64,000 nucleotides of DNA from Phoronis australis (GCA_002633005.1 NMRA01000220.1:228444-292443), one strand, 5' to 3'. Shown: positions 39,201 through 51,085, counted from the first letter of the stretch. Notes: a model not told the origin generated them from the sequence alone. Numbers and translations are program-made.

Positions 39201-42200
39201 TCTGTGCGTTTGAAAAAAAAACATATTGAAGATGAAACGTTTATTCTAGCGCCGCGGATACGTTTGCTCTTGGCCAAGACACACAAGTAAAGATCAAAAG
39301 CGACGGCTCCGTTACTTGGAACACGCCTGCTACGATAGAGAGCACATGCGTGGTTGATGTCAAGTACTTTCCATTTGATGAACAGGTAAGGCTTCGTTCC
39401 GTATCTAGAGACCATTTCTTTTGAGAAAAGGGCAACCATGCAAGTATGTACGAAAGCAAAATAACATGTGTCCAGTTTCCGAGATTTTGTTCGCATTATA
39501 CCTTTCTTCGGGACCATAGTCACTTTCCTTGTTCCTTTTCTCGGTTTAATTTGTGTGCTTGCAAGCAGAATGCCCAAAATATACAAAATGCTTAATGAGA
39601 CTCGGAATATGTATTCTAGTCTAAGGCCAACGTCCTATGTTTTACTCAATTCGACACGTTAATTATCGTATCCAGTTAATATATGTTCAGTTCGTGAAAG
39701 TCGAAAATCCAGTCTAGTTTCATTCTCTTGTTCAAATTTTCAAAAGAATGCAAGAATTATACATGTAGTTGTAAATACAATAAGCGCATTTTAGCATTGT
39801 CACTTGTGACGCGTTATACAATGCAAATCAAGATATTCACCGGATGAATTTAAATCTAGGTCAGCGGCCGGGGTCGTGGCACCTCCGGGTGCCGGTTCAC
39901 TGGGCAGACAACGTTAGTATGATCGCGAAACTACGTAGAAGTTTTCGGGAACTCATGGCGTCTTTTCTCACCCAGACTATCTCGCGTTGTTGTGGCCGAG
40001 AATTTCCAAGATTACGGCATTTCTTGAGTTCAGTTCTGACAAGAGCAGCTACTCGAGTCTCGCATGGTGTCGGCTTACACGCGAGCTTTATCCTCCAGTC
40101 TGACACAAATCATACTGAGTTTGATACTTCCGTGGCATAGCAATGAAAAAATGAGCAACCTTTCCAAGCGATACTAAAGACATTTGATTCTCTCGGCGTA
40201 GCAGGTGGGTTCTTTACTGAAAAACCACCATTATGATCTCAACTCCGAATGACAGAGGTTTTCAAATCGAGGCTAATTCCACTTATCAACCTTGTCTATT
40301 GTGAAACGGTCCCGTGGTGGTTTGTCCGGCATCAACGTGCAAGTCAACTGTCTATCGCGTCCAAAAAGGCGAGGAAGCCAAATGGAACTACTTTTAACGG
40401 ATACCATAGCACCGGAACATAGCGCAACTTAAAAAGGACCCATCTTAACTTTTCACGAGGAATTCAATTTTAAAAGACAAACAGGTGAAAATCACCAGTT
40501 ATAGTCCACGATGTATCAATAAATTTAAGCCAGTGTTTGATTGCCGTGAAGACGTAACTAATGCGGTACATTGCAGGGCTCTAAACAAAAGAAACTTCGG
40601 CGTTTCCGATAAATGGGTTTCTTGAAGACAGCGGTTCTTGTACAAATCTATTGACGAAATACTAGGAGCCCTAAAATGACCCTTGTTTCAAATGTGACAA
40701 ACAATGGCCTTTGCATGGGGGGGGGGAGATTTTTGTACGGAATTTGATTGGACAGGTTGCGCGTAAACGAAGCGGATGTGTTCATGCCATCTTTTCCAAA
40801 AGTGCCGATTTTTATTGGAAAATAACGACTGTTTGTATCCAAATACTTTTTAAACCCTTTTACATTTGCCATAATTTTAAAACAATTATATTTCTAATAG
40901 GGCTACACGAAGCCTTAAGCTTCTGGTCCAATATTCGTGGCAACGGCCAACTGACCTCTCCATCAACTACCTCTCACGTGCAATTACTTTTTCGGATACA
41001 CACAATTATTGAAATTGAAAAAAATGCTGTAAAATCTCGACATTGAAGCTACCAGCAGACGACAGCAACGTTTAATAACAATGTGCGATTCATCATTCCA
41101 ATCACTTTGATCATACATGTATTTCCTTTCAGACTTGCATTCTGAAGTTCGGTTCGTGGTCATTACATGGCTTGCAACTCGATTTATTTTCAAAGAACGA
41201 CACTGGTGACACGGCTTCGTTCGTTGGTAAGAAAAGCTTGTCATAAATAGACAATGGGTGCTTTTGAGTATAGACAACTAGAACAGTCTAAAAAGTTTGT
41301 AATGTAAAGAGCCCGCCGCCTTAATTTCGTTTTCCGCCTATTTTTTGACACGTGACAGCTTTCAGTCTAGCAGCAGGCAGCAGGGAAAAATGAATCTTAA
41401 TATGAGAAGAACGGATTCAAAATTATAAAAGAAAGGCGAGAAACGGGAAGCACAGTGTTGCGAAAGTAACATCATCGGTTGATTTAATTATCTGATCATT
41501 AAATCTTGAAGTTAACATCAGCTTCTGTAGCAGTTATTTTTAGCGACTCCTCAACTGAAAGTCACACTAAACGTTTTCATGAGCTGGACATGTTTTTCAC
41601 ATGGAGTTTAGTATTGTGACAGTAAAGTAAATGAAATTGGTTTTGAGGGGCGACACGACAGTAGCTAGCATCCAGTAATGCGGTCTTAGATCGCAAAATA
41701 AAAATACCCCTCCTTTCATCACAACCCCCTTCCAGTCTTAAGGTTCGTCTTTCCAGTTGCTGTCCGTCATTCCCATTTTGGGTCAGTCCATCCCACCGGC
41801 AGTCCAAATTTCATATTGAATAATACAGTCTGTGCCTGGAAAATGTTTTGCTCGTCGTCCATATCATGCTGTCTTTTCGATGAACAGCGGCAATTCAGAG
41901 ATGGAGTTGAGGTAACTGTTTTAGAAGAGATCAAATGATCGATTTTGGCATTTTTTCTGGACATCATTTATGCATCCCGTCTTCTTGCACGTAATTTTTG
42001 TTTTCAGGTAACGGTGAGTGGGAGTTAGTAAAGTTTCCGGTCAAGAAAAATGTGGTGTTCTACACATGTTGTCCGGAACCTTATCATGACTTGTCCTACG
42101 AAATAGTCATCAGGAGAAAGTCATTGTACTACGTGTTCAATTTGGTGAGCTTCATTGTTACGTCGAAAAGTAATATAAAAGTAAAGTAATCCCGCTTACG

Positions 42201-45200
42201 CTCGTATTCTCCACAGGAATACGTGTGGTACACGTGCTCTTTTAGCTAGGTTTACCATGGTGCATTTCAGGTGACAGCTTAAGGAGACTTTTTATCTAGG
42301 TTTTGTAATCTAAAAAATCTTTTCCTAAGTCTGAAATGCTTTGATGAGCAAGGTCCAAGCTAATTCGCCATTCGGTCTAAGCCCGGAAGCATCTAATCTA
42401 GCAGTAGTGACTCATAACAAATAATGAGAATGGAGAATGATTTGATGGCCACAACCGTTTTCTTTGCGCAAGTCACTGTTTTTGTGAGTGAAAAAAGACT
42501 GACCGATTAGCAGACCACCCAATGACGTCTCCAATCAAGTAAATGAAAGTAAACACCGACACGACACTTTGAGTAAACTGAATTGTTTCCGCTTAATTTA
42601 GAAGTTACACGTAGTTATTCGCGTTCAGCACTTAAACGTAAAATTTCATGTTGGTCTTGCATTTACTTCGTAACCCAACACTAGCGCATTATCACGACAG
42701 GTTAATATCTACGGTGTTGGCAGATGAAAAAAACATGTGGTAATATCGGGCATACATTGTAAAAGCAATGGTAAGCGACCGTAGCTTCTGTTCCTTCATT
42801 TGCTTGCAAAATTGCCTCTTTGCCGAACTACTTTTTAGTGTAGTCACGAAATGTCGCCGATTTCCACGACTGGTGATTTGGAAGATCTAGTGAGCACCTC
42901 ATGGATCAGACGGTCTCGCCACCTGGTGACTGACCGGTCTTTAATTGTTCCACGTCATGATGAAACCATGTTTTGTGTGTCGAGCAAACATAAAAGCATA
43001 CCGTAACTTCAAATGAATTCGGAATGCACCTAGAAAGCATCATTGATTAACGGACTCAATCACGGTAAATATTCCAGAAAAGAAAGGGCCCTGCCTGCTA
43101 ATCGACATCACACGGATGCTGATGAGAGCGAAATCCAAATAGGGGGATTGACCTATGTGAGAGAGATGAGGGCGAAGCCCTCAGACAGCTTCGCGAGATC
43201 GGAGGATCTCGCCTTCTGTCCTTGCTGTTGTTGGTGTGGACGCGGATCGAGGGCAGGACCTGGTAGGCCGGTGGTGGTAGAGGTGGTGTGCTTGATCTTC
43301 TTCTGGAGACGAGACGCTGGCTGGATGGCAACAGCGTTATTGACATCGTAGAGGTGAAGCTGGCTTGATGGCAGCAGCTTAGAGTTTGATTCACATGAAG
43401 CCGGCTTGTTGGCAACAGCTGTCATGCTACTGATTGGTTGTCTTTATACTGCCCCGTCGGGACAGTTTTTTTTTTCTTCCGTTGTCTTTATACTGCCCCG
43501 ACGCCCCTTCGGAACAGTTACCAGTGGCACAGGGCCCGAACCCTTAGTGCTCCGGTGGCAGGTTGTCACGAAATTTGGTTGTCTGTATACTGCCCCGTCG
43601 CCCCTTCGGAACAGTTACCAGTAGCGCAGGGCGATTGACCTATACTGTATCTCTGTAATTATTATATGTAACTCACCATGAACCAAGTCGCTCCTGGGTC
43701 AAACTAACTACTCGTGCATTCATTGCGTCATCGGACAGAATAATTCAGTTTCAATTCAAGTCGTATATTTGTAAAATTTATACGAACATGACAATTACAA
43801 AAGTTAGCACCATCAATGATCCAACGAACTCGCTTGAGAAGCCTATCACACAATCGGTGTCCATTATGTTATGGTTGGGGGTCTATGCAAGAATGTTGAC
43901 GCGTGACTTTCGTAAACTGTCCGACCTAACGCACCATAGCTTGCAAACCACAATAGTGATAAAATTTAGCTAATTCATCCATACATTCAAAATAATTCTC
44001 AATTGAAGTCGCGTACTCGTAAAACTCATGAACATGATGTACACTGTATCAGCGGAAGAATACCAAAGAAGACTGACCTAGTTGAACAGCGAGGACAGGC
44101 TGAACTCGTCACTATCAGAAAAATTGTGGGTGGAATTTTTCGTCAAAATACCATTATAAATTAAAGTTAATACTAGTAAGGAGTCTGGTATTAGATTCGA
44201 ACGCGAAGTGGTTGTGTTGTTTACCCGGTGACAACGCGCGCAGGCAAGTTAGATTGTATCACCATTGCGGTTTGCACACCATGGTGCGTTTGGCCAGATT
44301 TTTTACGAATGTCTCGCACCAACATTTCTGCATAGCTCTAACCAACTCACTATAGACACCGATTGTGCAGTAGGCCTATCCTGTGGTTCGTTGGTCAATA
44401 TTTGAACTGGACGATTGCGCGCGTACAGCTCACACGCTACATTGGATACAAAACGAATACGTAGTATGTCTGTCCACCAATACTGTTTCACGGGCCGGGG
44501 TGAGTGCGATGAAGAAGAACATGTAGGGAAGTACCCAAGACGTTGGCAGTCATGTCCGATTTTATTTTGTTAAATTCAAAAGCGTGAATATAAAACATGA
44601 GCGGTGCATTGGAAAAATTGACCTATCGCCAGGATTATGACGGACGGCTTAATTGACCAATCAGAACGCAGCACTCTTGGCGCACATTCGTCTGCGTTTC
44701 CAAGCCGCCATTTTACCCGACAAGCCACACGTAGTCGAGTAAAACTTACTTTAGTCTATAGCTCAAGAAATTGTCCGCTAAGAATGGGGAAATGGTGTTG
44801 ATATGACATGTGTAGCACCGACAGCCGTTATGCTGCTCCAGAATAATACCCCGTCATTTTGGCATGTCCTAAGCCGAAAACTGATGTTGAAAAGCGTAAA
44901 CTATGGATCAAACTGTACGGCCACACGAGCAGCTGCACTTAGCGATGTTGCTTGATAACTCAAAGGCTATAATAAACACAAATATATTAGTTCCAAGATA
45001 CGCACTTTTCAGCTTGGTGGCTATGGTGCAGGGCTATCTCAGTCTTGCCGCCTTTGTCTCGGCACCTGCTGGATCTCAGCACTCTAGCTGTAGTCCCCGG
45101 AAATTTTTGTTTTCAAGTACACTTTATTTTATGTTTTTTATTTATTTCAACCTAATGGACATTATTTTGTTTCGTATCAGAGGTAAATTTTCGTTATTCA

Positions 45201-47902
45201 TAAACCGTAAGCTGGCGTTCGTTCACTGAACTGAACTTCTCTCCCGGTCAAAATTCAGAGATTCGATCGGCACAGGGAAGGGCACTGGATTAGTGCCGGA
45301 ACTCAAAGCCTTGGTGGAGCTGTTGTCACTTTTTGACGTGTACCTCTAGTATACACTATGTATGTAGAGTTAGAGAGAGCTCATTTTGAAGTTGTCCAAA
45401 CATGATATTTAGATTTATGAAGCTTTAAAAAGAATTTGAGTTATTTTGTAAATACCCTATTTTTGCAACTACCACACCAGACTTGTAATCTTTTGTAACC
45501 ATACCACGACTTCGTGATCATGCTACCTTCAAAATTAAATGAAAGCTACCTTTATGGAATGAAACTACAAAAAATGCCAAGTTCATAAGAAGGTAGGCCT
45601 AATTTAAATGTCTTAATGGTGCAAACGGAGAATTCGATAGGCGGATTTAGGGGGGGCAGGGGCCCCAGCCCCCCCCCATTGGCTGCCGCAAGCAAAATGA
45701 AACAGCAAGAGCGTGAGGAAATACTGAGTTCAGTAACTAGGACTGGTAGCGGAAGAGGGGGGGTGGGGCTCAGACCCCAGATCGCGGCGGAATCGTGTTC
45801 CTGTTTTTTTAGTCCACCGATAGATTTTCTGAACAGAAGGTCCAACGGTTTACATCCCTGGCCCCTGCAACTTTCGGGCCGCCTGTGCACATACAGTTGC
45901 ACTTTGCCCAATTCCACGAGGCAACATATGTTGGCCCCCCTGTGGTTTCTAAGATTCGCCACTGAATTCCAGACATTAATTTTACTTAGACACTGCCCTA
46001 GACCTACAGGAGCTAACTGTTTGGCCAGGACGAGATGAGTGTGTACCTGCAGCTATGAACCTGAATTTTTTTAATCAAAATATTTCGTTACAAGATTAGA
46101 AAAGCGTAAACAGTGCTATCGAGTCGACCTACATGTAGTCAGACACTATAGTGCATGTGTTGTATGTAATCTATGACCTACTTTTCATTTGGCGAAATTT
46201 AGCAGACGACAGAATAAAAACATCGGTGGATCTTCACTGATTTTATTCGAAAGATCATGAAATCTATAGAATCGTACAGATAATTCGACTTTAAGGTACA
46301 TACCCAGCTTTTCATGAACATATCGTATCAGTGGCCTTGTTATTTGTCAGGTGAAGGTGGCCCCGAGGCCGAGGGGTTCTTCGGATTTTCGCTGGCCCCT
46401 CGAGCACTAATTTTTTCATCGTCACCTTTACAAATTTCCATATCATGAACGTACGATTCACTGTTGAAAAGCATCGCCTCTTGTCTCTGTCGACGCGTTT
46501 TCAAACAGTACAAAAACACTCATCGATTCCACCAGGAACGTCGTTTAGTGACAGTGTATTTGCCTCTGACATCTCGTTCGAATGTCGGGTATCACGTGAC
46601 TTTTCGGAGCTTGCGATAGGTCAATTAGGACAGCGAAGCCAACGGATGATTGAGAATTTACAGATCTTGCAGCTTTTGTTCCGGCGGAGGTTCTCGAAGG
46701 TAATATTTTTTCCAAAACTGACCTTTTGCCTCATCCGAAAATGGGTCCAGACATTTTTTTCGAAAATTCACCCCTTACGACATCGTGTGTTGGAGCAGTG
46801 TGTCCGGACTCTCCTGGACCCGTGCCTGGAGTGAGCGGGTAGCGACTCGGCTGGGGAGTGGTCATTGGAGGCCATATCATAAGAATGAAGTCGTTTATTG
46901 AACCAAAAATAACACCTGTGCTAACTTGCTTTATTTCCCGACTTGATGTTTAAGTCCCGTTTCAAAACAACAAAAATGAAAACAAACGACATGGCCATTG
47001 AGAATAATGAGGGTACCAATGCAACATACATATTACGACCCAATGTTTTGAGACTAAGTTGTAACAATCGACCTACGTCACTGAGTGTAGAGGGTTTTCC
47101 AAGGTTCTGTAGTGCATCCATCGATTAAATATAATTTAATTTATGGCGTTGTCATAATACCAAAATAGCCGCCGATGTAGGGCTCAGCATGTCTTTAAAG
47201 GAACATTTCCTTTAAATACACTTCCTATATGTGGCAATTTATAAACAAGTTGCCAAGGCACACAATTAAAATTATGTCACTGACTGCTAAAACCACGACT
47301 GAAAACAAACTCGAACTGCAGTCAAGTTGCACGAAAATGGATAGTGCTGACGCATTTCCGCTATACATCTCTGTGTCCTGTTTTGCTAAACTTAGTTGAG
47401 TCGTTCAGACAATAATTTTGGTCAACCAATATTTTGTTGACAACTGGTTGGCACAGTACTCAATTTCGTCCAAAAATCAAGTTGTGCTGACCCATCCCAA
47501 CCATCAACCCTCGTGTGAAGTTTGATAAGAATCTGTCAAGCCGCTTTAATTAACAATAATCGACAGACAAGGGAATCTTGTGGATGCAAAAAAATGCTGT
47601 AGCATTGTCAAAACTCATATCGATTATTACCATATACATGTAGGTGAATTTTAACTGAACATAGAGTGTATGCGTGCATCAGGAAAACTAACCGGGTCTG
47701 GTCAATGATTTGTAAACAAGAGCAACGCACTACCGCACTGCAAACAGTATGCTACTGGGGACTTTTCATAACATATCATATAATTAGATTAACGACCAAC
47801 GGCAACCAGGATGTTGACTGTATGCTACCACAGCAAATATTTTAAATAAGTAACAGGGAGTAAATAAAACATGACAATTAATATTAAAAAACTAGTAAAT
47901 TG

Positions 47903-47970
<68 letters not shown>

Positions 47971-48529
47971 NTGGATAGTGCTGACGCATTTCCGCTATAC
48001 ATCTCTGTGTCCTGTTTTGCTAAACTTAGTTGAGTCGTTCAGACAATAATTTTGGTCAACCAATATTTTGTTGACAACTGGTTGGCACAGTACTCAATTT
48101 CGTCCAAAAATCAAGTTGTGCTGGCCCATCCCAACCATCAACCCTCGTGTGAAGTTTGATAAGAATCTGTCAAGCCGCTTTAATTAACAATAATCGACAG
48201 ACAAGGGAATCTTGTGGATGCAAAAAAATGCTGTAGCATTGTGAAACTCATATCGATTATTACCACATAGGTGAATTTTAACTGAACATAGAGTGTATGC
48301 GTGCATCAGGAAAATTAACCGGGTCTGGTCAATGATTTGTAAACAAGAGCAACGCACTACCGCACTGCAAACAGTATGCTACTGGGGACTTTTCATAACA
48401 TATCATATAGTTAGATTAACGACCAACGGCAACCAGGATGTTGACTGTATGCTACCACAGCAAATATTTTAAATAAGTAACAGGGAGTAAATAAAACATG
48501 ACAATTAACATTAAAAAACTAGTAAATTG

Positions 48530-48614
<85 letters not shown>

Positions 48615-51085
48615 CAGTGATATAACAATTATAACAAAATTAATAAATAAATAATGAAAACAAGAAATACAAATACATGTAAATTGTAATAGCAGCGGCA
48701 AAAGCTACGTTGCCTTTTTACGGACTGGAGCCGACGTATTTGCTGATGCTATCATTTACATCAAAAAACGACAGGTTAGCCGCAATTAAATTAGTTGTAC
48801 TTAGGTTTGCCTTAACAAAAAGTCAGATCGCACCGTCCTTACAACATTTGTCTCCATCTTTCTTTCAGGTCTTTCCTGTTATCTTGATTACCATGATAAC
48901 TATGCTGGCCTTTTATTTACCTTCCGAATCTGGAGAAAAGGTGGCGCTAGGTGTCACGGTTCTGCTTGCCATGACTGTTTTCCTGCTCGTAATAGCTGAA
49001 AACATGCCAGCCACGTCCGCTGCAGTTCCTCTGATAGGTACGCAATCGCATTTAATTTAAGTAAAAAAAAGGCATAAGACCTATTTTGTAAGGGTGCTGT
49101 GCTGTTGTTAGAGGAGGCGTGTTTTATTGCACCCTTAAGGCTTAGATCAGAAATCTCGTCAATCCTCCACATACAGACTTCCGAAAAATAATTTCACTTC
49201 AGTGTGGCAAAGAATAAATTCTTTCAGAAAACATCCATAATTTCTGATAAATTGGATAACTCTTGTAAATTATTGCTCAACTGTGAATGTGCATGGAAGA
49301 GCCAAGTGAGAGAGGTGGACCCAATTTTTGACTTGGTTTTTAGTCGTTTGAATGCAAAACACCCCTCCAAACTCAGACTTGACTGAGACTCATAGTCGAA
49401 ACTAACCAATCACACGGTTTACTTAAAAGTGGGCCATGGCGTAAGTCGAATTTTGATCCGAGTTTCGACACCTTAATGTCCATGCAATGATTGTGACTGG
49501 CCCAATACTGTACACTAAGTACATGTATGCCTTAGCGGGGTGCTAGGCTATTAACATTTTACATTAAACATACGTAAAAACGATGCAATAGAGTGCTACC
49601 CTCGTCAACACGCAAAGGTTAGGAAAATGTTTGAAAATTCTATGCAAAGCCTAATTAAACGACACAAGTGACTAACGCTTTGGGTAAAAGACCGTCAGAT
49701 CGAACCATACGATGCTCTTTCTGATAACGTTAGCTGAATAATATTTTTATCTGACGTCCTCAAATCGATTTGAGGTGCATGTGTTCTGTGATAACATGAT
49801 GTCGAATGTCCCTTGGTCTATTTACACTAATAATTAGCATATGTTCATTGGCACGACGTTCCTGGAGGAAATATTCCATCGCCCATTTCCCCAGCCATTT
49901 TAAGACGATCGAGCACGGGTATCAAACCTCACCAGGAGAAAAATGATAATCCAACGTCTGTCGCACCTAGGCGCTACCTAGAGTTGATCAGTTGACTCAT
50001 GCACCATATACACAATGGATTACCATTATAAGGTTTGCTCCTAACATAGACGGAATGGAGAAAATTTATTACATGTGTAAGAACAGTTTTCGATGGTATG
50101 TTGACGATACGGTATCTAACTTCCAGGACAATTCTTCGGAGCCACCATTGTCATGCTTGGCCTATCAACTGCCATGACGGTTATAGTACTCCACATCCAT
50201 TTCAAGGGGAGCGAGGAGAAACGCGTTCCACGCTGGTTACACAACTTTGTCCTTGTATTCTTAGCCAAAGCCATGTGTATGTATCATTCCGAGGACAAGT
50301 GTGCAGAGGAAAACACGCCACTGGTGAGTAGGCCTAGAGCTTACGAGAGGATTTTCTGGGTCTTATAATTATTCCTCTTACAAATTACCGGGAATATCTC
50401 TTTCTCGCCGCCCAATGGCTGGAATTTTCACTTGGGGTGAAGTAACCACATTCCTACAATTCATTGCACGCATGCTGTTTCCGTCGCCTTAAATGGTCAA
50501 CAGGAAAGTGTACTGGCACCTAAACCTGGTGCAACGTAATGGGTAATTTCATTGATATGCTATTTTTGTCAGAAATGGCTGTTATAACTTCATCTTGGAC
50601 AAGAACATGTTCACTACGTGTGTAGCTACAACTCGACCAGCGAGTTTGAGGAGAAATACATATACATGTGCTCTCCAAGTCAGATTGCCTAGATTTTGAG
50701 AAAGGGTTTGATGGAAATCAAATTAATTTGACGCTTAACTGCCATCTTTAACACATTTCAGACAGGATTTGCGTTGACGTACAACACTCCAGAAAAGTTT
50801 AGGATAGAGACCATAAAGTACACGAGTCAGCAGGGCAGTAACAACCACAGCATAAGTAAAACAACCGACGACATGACTGTTAATTACGAAATGCTGCTAC
50901 GTTTGAGCAGCTTGGAGCAAGCAATAACCACGCGGTTGTATGAAGATGAGAAACAACAGAGTTTAGACAATGAATGGAGAAAAGTAGCGCGAGTCATCGA
51001 CAGATTGTTCCTTGTATTGTTCTTAACGTTTACTTTAATAACATGGTTAATCATTCTTTTGAACAGGCCAAGTTCTACGTTTTAA
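24245..51085 (+). CDS. CHRNA9-like: Nicotinic acetylcholine receptor alpha subunit (alpha9/alpha10-like, cation channel), complete gene, 467 aa; join(24245-24296,34958-35097,35300-35344,37466-37575,39250-39385,41133-41226,42008-42144,48869-49037,50127-50323,50762-51085)
   Basis: All introns are GT-AG with compatible phases, giving 1404 nt in frame. Signal peptide, Cys-loop [15 protein letters not shown], loop B GSW, loop C YTCCPEPY with vicinal Cys, GEK before TM2 and four TM helices are present. Confidence 0.9.
26467..26762 (+). mobile_element. tRNA-derived SINE
   Basis: A-box-like TGGTTTAGCTCGTCGG and B box GGTTCGAATCC, followed by a non-tRNA body and a ...GCATTAAAAACACTAAA tail. No full cloverleaf. 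Confidence 0.6.
27174..27500. mobile_element. Foldback (Crypton-like) non-autonomous element
   Basis: An imperfect hairpin of about 170 bp at 27328-27497: GATAAATACA...GGCATAGATTAAGTAATATCC pairs with GGATATCACTTCATCTAAGCC...TGTATTTATC. Confidence 0.55.
30250..32125. repeat. Tandemly arranged Helentron/DINE-like repeat with CAT/CGT microsatellite-like segments
   Basis: 30300-30830 resembles 31600-32120. Both end TTAATTTCGCCAAGT..CGCTCC...GAGCGCT followed by T runs, with internal CCAAGATGGC...GCCATTTT motifs. Confidence 0.55.
34958..35097 (+). CDS. nAChR exon 2
   Basis: tttcag|CA ACT...GAC CTA|gtaagt, 140 nt, encoding [40 protein letters not shown]. Confidence 0.93.
35300..35344 (+). CDS. 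nAChR exon 3 (loop D)
   Basis: ttgcag|GAC...CTG|gtaggt, 45 nt, encoding [15 protein letters not shown]. Confidence 0.95.
36062..36220. mobile_element. MITE (CAGGGGCGGATCC...TCCGCCACTG), imperfect 5-bp TSD ATTCA/ACTCA
   Basis: TIRs plus internal similarity to 10206-10342 in reverse orientation. Confidence 0.7.
37302..37412 (+). pseudogene. Duplicated nAChR exon 4 (exon 4a), frameshifted pseudo-exon
   Basis: ggtacag|AAT TGG AGA GAC... encodes [21 protein letters not shown], then after one extra T reads [15 protein letters not shown]. 111 nt against 110 nt for exon 4b. Confidence 0.85.
37466..37575 (+). CDS. nAChR exon 4 (4b, loop A)
   Basis: ttgcag|AAT TGG...AAT AA|gtaagt, 110 nt, encoding [36 protein letters not shown]. 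Confidence 0.93.
39250..39385 (+). CDS. nAChR exon 5 (loop E, first half of Cys-loop)
   Basis: ttctag|C GCC...GAA CAG|gtaagg, 136 nt, encoding [36 protein letters not shown]. Confidence 0.95.
41133..41226 (+). CDS. nAChR exon 6 (end of Cys-loop, loop B)
   Basis: tttcag|ACT TGC...GTT G|gtaag, 94 nt, encoding [31 protein letters not shown]. Confidence 0.95.
42008..42144 (+). CDS. nAChR exon 7 (loop C, pre-TM1)
   Basis: tttcag|GT AAC...AAT TTG|gtgagc, 137 nt, encoding [45 protein letters not shown]. Confidence 0.96.
43436..43636 (+). repeat. Short direct repeats (TGTCT.TATACTGCCCCG.CG, three copies)
   Basis: Three copies; the last two extend with CCCCTTCGGAACAGTTACCAGT.GC.CAGGGC. Confidence 0.7.
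43815..44400. repeat. Diverged inverted repeat (arms about 43815-43970 and 44248-44400)
   Basis: CACAATCGGTGTC...CTATGCA...TTCGTAAA...AACGCACCAT...TGCAAACC.CAAT.GTGATA is matched in reverse complement. Confidence 0.65.
44784..44995 (+). pseudogene. Degenerate THAP-domain exon of a DNA transposon
   Basis: [15 protein letters not shown]...[23 protein letters not shown], homologous to 12942-13158 including an upstream TTGACCAATCAGAA. Confidence 0.6.
45636..45964. mobile_element. MITE with 5-bp TSD AATTC
   Basis: AATTC|GATAGGCGGATTTAG...AAGATTCGCCACTG|AATTC. A partial related copy lies at about 53108-53300. Confidence 0.75.
47338..48610 (+). repeat. Near-identical 630-bp tandem duplication with (TA)n tracts, probably two alleles joined at a contig junction
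   Basis: 47338-47970 and 47972-48610 differ at only a handful of sites and are separated by a single N at 47971. Each ends in a (TA)n microsatellite. Confidence 0.85.
48869..49037 (+). CDS. nAChR exon 8 (TM1, TM2, TM2-TM3 linker)
   Basis: tttcag|GTC...ATA G|gtacg, 169 nt, encoding [56 protein letters not shown]. Confidence 0.96.
50127..50323 (+). CDS. nAChR exon 9 (TM3, start of intracellular loop)
   Basis: ttccag|GA CAA...CCA CTG|gtgagt, 197 nt. Confidence 0.94.
50762..51085 (+). CDS. nAChR exon 10 (MA helix, TM4, stop)
   Basis: tttcag|ACA GGA TTT..., encoding [30 protein letters not shown], with TAA at 51085. Confidence 0.94.
   Translation, partial: TGFALTYNTPEKFRIETIKYTSQQGSNNHSISKTTDDMTVNYEMLLRLSSLEQAITTRLYEDEKQQSLDNEWRKVARVIDRLFLVLFLTFTLITWLIILLNRPSSTF

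Noticed and set aside
39844-40140. GSW-containing ORF as candidate loop B exon
   Set aside because: Lacks the Cys-loop cysteine and LKF context. The true exon is 41133-41226.
43436-43636. CRISPR-like repeat-spacer pattern
   Set aside because: Only three unequal repeats with irregular spacing, in a eukaryotic intron with no cas genes.
46291-47199. Possible TTAA-flanked Kolobok-like element
   Set aside because: Termini match too weakly and there is no second copy or empty site for support.
48519-48701. ORF with (IY)n repeat
   Set aside because: Translation of a (TA)n microsatellite.
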